A DNA stretch of 13,987 bases from Octopus sinensis (taxonomy: Eukaryota), in contig NW_021825878.1 of assembly GCF_006345805.1 (NCBI RefSeq), positions 1 to 13,987 of the forward strand. The letters are read 5' to 3'. Position 1 is the stretch's first letter, and each line of letters begins with the position of its first letter. Below are positions 8,833-13,987 of this stretch, piece after piece. A program made the position numbers and the translations under genes. Under the pieces are notes generated by a model. The model did not search any database and was not told where the DNA came from. It worked only from the letters and a program-made list of their open reading frames with translations.

Positions 8833-8855
8833 ATCTTATATTTATATTTATACCA

Positions 8856-9183
8856 GTGAAGACGCATGGCTCGGTGGTAAGAATGTCGGGCTCACAATCA
8901 TGAGGTTCGATTCCCTGCGTGTTGTGTTCTTGAGCAAGACACTTTATTTCACGTTGCTCTCAGTTCACTCAGCTGTAGAAATGAGATGCAATGTCACTGG
9001 TGCCAAGTTTTATCGGCTTTTGCCTTTACTTTGCATAACATCGGTGGCGAGGAGAGGGGAGGCTGGTATGGATGGACGACTGCTGGTCTTCTATAAACAA
9101 CCCTGTCTGGATTTGTGCCTCAGAAGGGAACTTTCTAGGTGCAATGCCATGGTCATACCGGGTCATACCGAAGGGGCTCTTTG
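8856..9183 (+). mobile_element. tRNA-derived SINE, family C (copy C1)
   Basis: A box TGGCTCGGTGG at 8867-8877 and B box GGTTCGATTCC at 8904-8914. Central TTGAGCAAGACACTTTA...CACTCAGCTGTAGAAATGAG. The 3' part matches 7977-8126 (-). Confidence 0.88.
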
Positions 9184-9282
9184 TACTAGTAATGCACCGT
9201 AGCTTTTTAATAGTCTCTTTTGTAAAACATACACATCTATATTTCGCTTAGGCATTCCGACAGAAGTGGAGGCGCGTGGCTT

Positions 9283-9531
9283 CATCATCATCATTGTTCG
9301 ACCGTGGTCGAGACAATGGAATTTACCATGCTACGCCAGACTTCACGGTCCATCATGGTATTACGGAGGTCCTGTTGCTGGATGCCTGTATCCCTGGAGA
9401 TTACATCAGGGTAAGAGAGTGTGCGCCCTCTGGTATTGCGAGTAGATGGCTTCCAGAGGAGAAGAGTAGAAATTACCTCTTTTTCAGCTCTATAACAATG
9501 TCCAGCAAACTGGACTCTCCTACCTTTCACA
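9283..9531 (-). mobile_element. 5'-truncated RTE-clade LINE with (TGA)n tail and 13-bp TSD
   Basis: TSD AGGCGCGTGGCTT at 9270-9282 and 9532-9544. CATCATCATCA tail at 9283-9293. The ORF end carries RTE-type motifs. Confidence 0.9.
9291..9530 (-). pseudogene. C-terminal 79-codon remnant of an RTE-type reverse transcriptase ORF
   Basis: RRVQFAGHCYRA...LLLWKP...GRTLSYPD...DL...MMDREVWR matches the RTE C-terminal pattern (R..F/W.GH..R, GR, DR..WR). The frame is open but has no true start or RT core. Confidence 0.85.
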
Positions 9532-9925
9532 AGGCGCGTGGCTTAGTGGTTAGGGTGTTAGCATCATGATCGTAAGATTGTGGTTTCGATTCCTGGACCG
9601 GGCGACGCGTTGTGTTCGTGAGCAAAACACTTCATTTCGCGTTGCTCCAGTCCACTCAGCAGGTAAAAATGAGTAACGCTGCGATGGACTGGCGTCCCGT
9701 CCAACCGGGGAACACATACGCCATTGAAACCGGGAAACGGGGCCCATAAGCCTGGCTAGGCTTTAAAAGGGCGCATTTATTTTTATATTTTTATTCCGAC
9801 AATACATACAGAACACAATATACACAATGAGCTCCTGAATTCCACCCTCCACATATTTGCTTCCTCATTGGTAACGCCTTCAAGCGTGTATGATCAAATG
9901 CATTTCATTCCCCAAATAAATTGCA

Positions 9926-10022
9926 TTTCATGTTAAAGCTCTGACGAAGCTATAAGGTGTTACTCAAGACTCAACTCTGAGCCCACAGCATCTTATACTG
10001 GAAACAGCTGTAAGCTAATGAA
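9926..10022 (+). ncRNA. Type I hammerhead-ribozyme-like motif, Penelope-like (palindromic stem III), imperfect at the base of stem II
   Basis: CTGACGA at 9941-9947, GAAA at 10001-10004, GTA triplet at 10010-10012. Stem I AGCT/AGCT; stem II TATAAGGTG/CATCTTATA; stem III palindrome ACAGCTGT. Confidence 0.6.
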
Positions 10023-10149
10023 GTCCATTAGATAATCGGTTATTCCTTTGCCGTTGCTTTTTTTAAATATATATATATATATATATAATTTGGTTCTGTA
10101 TCTAATGAAAACACAGACTAACTATTCATCGATACTTCTACACAGCTGT

Positions 10150-10480
10150 TCAAACCATCACCACCACTGCCACTACAGCCGCCACCACCACCACCACCAC
10201 CACCACCACCACCGCTACTACTGCTTCAAGGTAGAAAGAAAGGGAAAGAGAAAGAGAAAGAATGCCAATTGAAATTGAAAGATCTGAAACACTAAGCGAT
10301 AACAAAAGAGCAAACAAGCAAAAAAAAAAAAACCCACTAACACCGTCGCCAATGCTATAACGCCACCATCAGGATCAACATATAATACCTGCATCAAACC
10401 CCCACGACACTCGCACGAACTGACCACTACCCCCACCGCTATCATCATCATCATCATCATCACATCATCATCGTCATCAC

Positions 10481-10515
<35 letters not shown>

Positions 10516-10845
10516 CCACCACCATCACCACACCCCACACCACCACCATCACCATCATCATCATCATCATCATCACCACCACCACCACCATCCATCACAT
10601 CATCATCATCACACATCATCAACCACTAACACCACCACCACCACCACCACCACCACCACTCACCACCATCATCATCAATCATCATCATCATCATCATCAT
10701 CACCACCATCCTCCTCCTCCTCCTCACATCATCATCATCGCTACCAACACTATTAACAGAGCCACGAACACCATTAACACCACCACCACCCCGCGCCCCC
10801 GACCCACCGCCCAGCCGCCCACCGCCCCGCCGCCCCGCCGCCCTC
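10150..10845. repeat. (CAC)n, (CAT)n and CCG-rich low-complexity tract
   Basis: Read directly from the sequence. Confidence 0.9.
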
Positions 10846-10989
10846 ACTTATCAGTAGTTATTGCTCAGTATTTCATTATTAGTAGCATGACTGGGTTGTC
10901 GTCTGCATTGTTCCACCTGAATAGATGAGAGAAGAGTTTATGGTCGTGTTTAATGTCCACCAAACATTTTATACATACGTCTGTGTCTA

Positions 10990-11800
<811 letters not shown>

Positions 11801-11864
11801 CTCAAATGCGCATACACAACTGTCATTGCTCTACCAGCTCTCTACTCCATCAAATATGCCATAG

Positions 11865-11903
<39 letters not shown>

Positions 11904-11979
11904 AATCAGCGCAAAGCAATTTACTTTTAATTACTTAACGTCTTGTCTCCCCACTTTTCTTTTGGTCTTCTACTGTTTC

Positions 11980-12016
<37 letters not shown>

Positions 12017-12310
12017 TTCCCTTTCGTTTGTTTGTTTGTTTCTTTCTTTCTTCTTTGTTTCTTCCCTTTCGTTTGTTTCTTTTCTCCCTTCTTTTCAACC
12101 TCCCTCTCAACATCAACATGATGATGATGATCATCATCATCACCATCGCCATCATCATCATAATAATCATCATCGTCGTCATTATCATCATCATCATCAT
12201 CACCATCGCCATCATCATCATCATCATCATCATAATCATCGTCATCGTCGTCATCATCATCATCATCATCATCATCATCGCCATCATCATCATCATAATC
12301 ATCGTCGTCG

Positions 12311-12341
<31 letters not shown>

Positions 12342-12515
12342 TGTCATTTTCATCATCGTCTCACCATCTTCATTATGATCGCCATCCTCAATGTGATCGT
12401 TGCCATTGTCGTCGTCGTCGTTGCCGCCACCACCACTACCACCATCACCAGTGCCACCGCCACCGCACAGCCACCACCACCACCCCCACCGCCGCCACCG
12501 CCGCCACCGCCGCCA
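11865..12515. repeat. (AAC)n, (CTTT)n, (CAT)n and (CCG/CCA)n tract
   Basis: Read directly from the sequence. Confidence 0.92.
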
Positions 12516-12850
12516 CCGCCGAGGTCGACTTCGCCTTTCATCCTTTCGGGGTCGATAAATTTAAGTACCAGTTCCCACTGGGATCGATATAATCGACTTT
12601 ATCCGTTTGTCTGTCCTTGTTTGTCCCTTCTGTGTTTAGCCCCTTGTGGGTTGTGAAGAAATAGGAATTTCGGCTGCCGTTACGTTCTGAGTTCAAATTC
12701 CGCCGAGGTCGACTTTGCCTTTCATCCTTTCCGGGTCGATTAAATAAGTACCAGTTACGCACTGGGGTCGATCTAATCGACTTTATCCGTTTGTCTGTCC
12801 TTGTTTGTCCCTTCTGTGTTTAGCCCCGTGGGTAGTAAAGAAATAGGTAT
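12516..12850 (+). mobile_element. SINE family B, 5'-truncated dimer (copy B4)
   Basis: Starts at CCGCCGAGGTCGAC. Unit junction AAAT-AGGAAT-TTCG at 12663-12668. Ends GAAATAGGTAT. Confidence 0.92.
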
Positions 12851-13112
12851 AATGTGGGGCCTATATCGCAGTCAATGTAAATAGACACGCTCTAAATTTT
12901 ATGAATATGAAAGCTCCATAGATTTTAAAATAAGACTTCAAACAGACTACACAATAAATTTACAAGTCTTATTGGTTGTATCGGAAGTAAAAGTTACTCG
13001 GCATTGTTACATTGTCGTCATGCCTCCGTTCATTACCTCCTCATACAACTAGTCCCTCTATTCCTATACTGGTTTCGTTGCCGGATAGTTTTGTCTGAAG
13101 TACTACACAACT

Positions 13113-13498
13113 GTGGAGGCGCAATGGCCCAGTGGTTAGGGCAGCGGACTCGCGGTCATAGGATCGCGGTTTCGATTCCCAGACCGGGCGTTGTGAGTGT
13201 TTATTGAGCGAAAACACCTAAAAAGCTCCACGAGGCTCCGGCAGGGGATGGTGGTGATCCCTGGTGTACTCTTTCACCACAACTTTCTCTCACTCTTACT
13301 TCCTGTTTCTGTTGTACCTGTATTTCAAAGGGCCGGCCTTGTCACTCTCTGTGTCACGCTGAATATCCCCGAGAACTACGTTAAGGGTACACGTGTCTGT
13401 GGAGTGCTCAGCCACTTACACGTTAATTTCACGAGCAGGCTGTTCCGTTGATTCGGATCAACCGGAACCCTCATCGTCGTAACCGACGGAGTGCTTCC
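13113..13498 (+). mobile_element. Full-length tRNA-derived SINE, family D, with 11-bp TSD
   Basis: A box TGGCCCAGTGG at 13125-13135 and B box GTTTCGATTCC at 13169-13179. The head resembles tRNA-Arg. TSD ACTACACAACT at 13102-13112 and 13499-13509. Confidence 0.92.
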
Positions 13499-13744
13499 AC
13501 TACACAACTAAATGATACAACACGACCAGAAGTACATCGTAACTAGACTTGGATTAGTTGCTCACCTTGTGAAGGATTAACATATTTACCTAGATAAGTA
13601 TTAACACATTTAGTGCTTATACAGCATTATATAGGTAACTAGAACGTGTGTTGTGGTGGAGTAGGTAGAGCGGATCAGTTGCTGCTAACGCATAAGTACA
13701 AGGCGCATGAAAAAGCTAGCGAGAGGTTGGTATTGTGCATAAAT

Positions 13745-13819
13745 AAACAAACAGATAGATAGATATATAGATAGATGGATAGATAGATAGATAGATTGAT
13801 AGAGGATAGATAGATGATG

Positions 13820-13892
<73 letters not shown>

Positions 13893-13987
13893 GGATAGAT
13901 GGATGATATATAGATAGATTGATAGGAGAGAGAGATAGATGGATGGATAGATAGATTGATAGAGAGATAGATTGATAGATAGTATAT
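13745..13987. repeat. (GATA)n/(GATG)n tetranucleotide array, running off the window end
   Basis: Read directly from the sequence. Confidence 0.95.

Larger units (their letters stand above)
9263..9792 (+). mobile_element. tRNA-derived SINE (C-like head and centre, different 3' tail; copy C2), interrupted by an RTE LINE
   Basis: A box TGGCTTAGTGG at 9539-9549 and B box GTTTCGATTCC at 9583-9593. T-rich TTTAT tail. Candidate TSD ATTCCGACA at 9254-9262 and 9793-9801. Confidence 0.88.

Noticed and set aside
12929-12973. 10-bp inverted repeat AATAAGACTT/AAGTCTTATT with a 25-nt spacer
   Set aside because: Short, AT-rich, no TSD and no second copy; compatible with chance.
13113-13195. tRNA gene-like heads (also at 177, 8856 and 9532)
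   Set aside because: A and B boxes are present, but there is no closed acceptor stem or nearby T-run terminator and the sequences continue into SINE bodies. They are SINE heads, not tRNA genes.

Overview
Eukaryotic, repeat-saturated non-coding DNA. No host protein-coding gene can be supported. The SINE repertoire and very high microsatellite density suggest an octopus (coleoid cephalopod) genome; this is inferred from recalled family sequences, not from a database search. The window holds about 11 tRNA-derived SINE copies from at least four families (called A-D here), several with readable target-site duplications (TSDs). It also holds a 5'-truncated RTE-clade LINE nested in a SINE, a mariner-derived non-autonomous element cut by the left edge, a Helentron/HINE-like element with a 19-bp terminal hairpin, two (AAT)n-tailed retroelement ends in tandem, a degenerate ~38-40 bp repeat, and many simple-repeat blocks. 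Nearly all ORFs in the supplied track are microsatellite or SINE artefacts; the exception is 9291-9530 (-), an RTE ORF C-terminus. The two most interesting signals are a type I hammerhead-ribozyme-like motif at ~9926-10022 and the ~184-bp multimers of SINE family B joined at a fixed GGTAT site.
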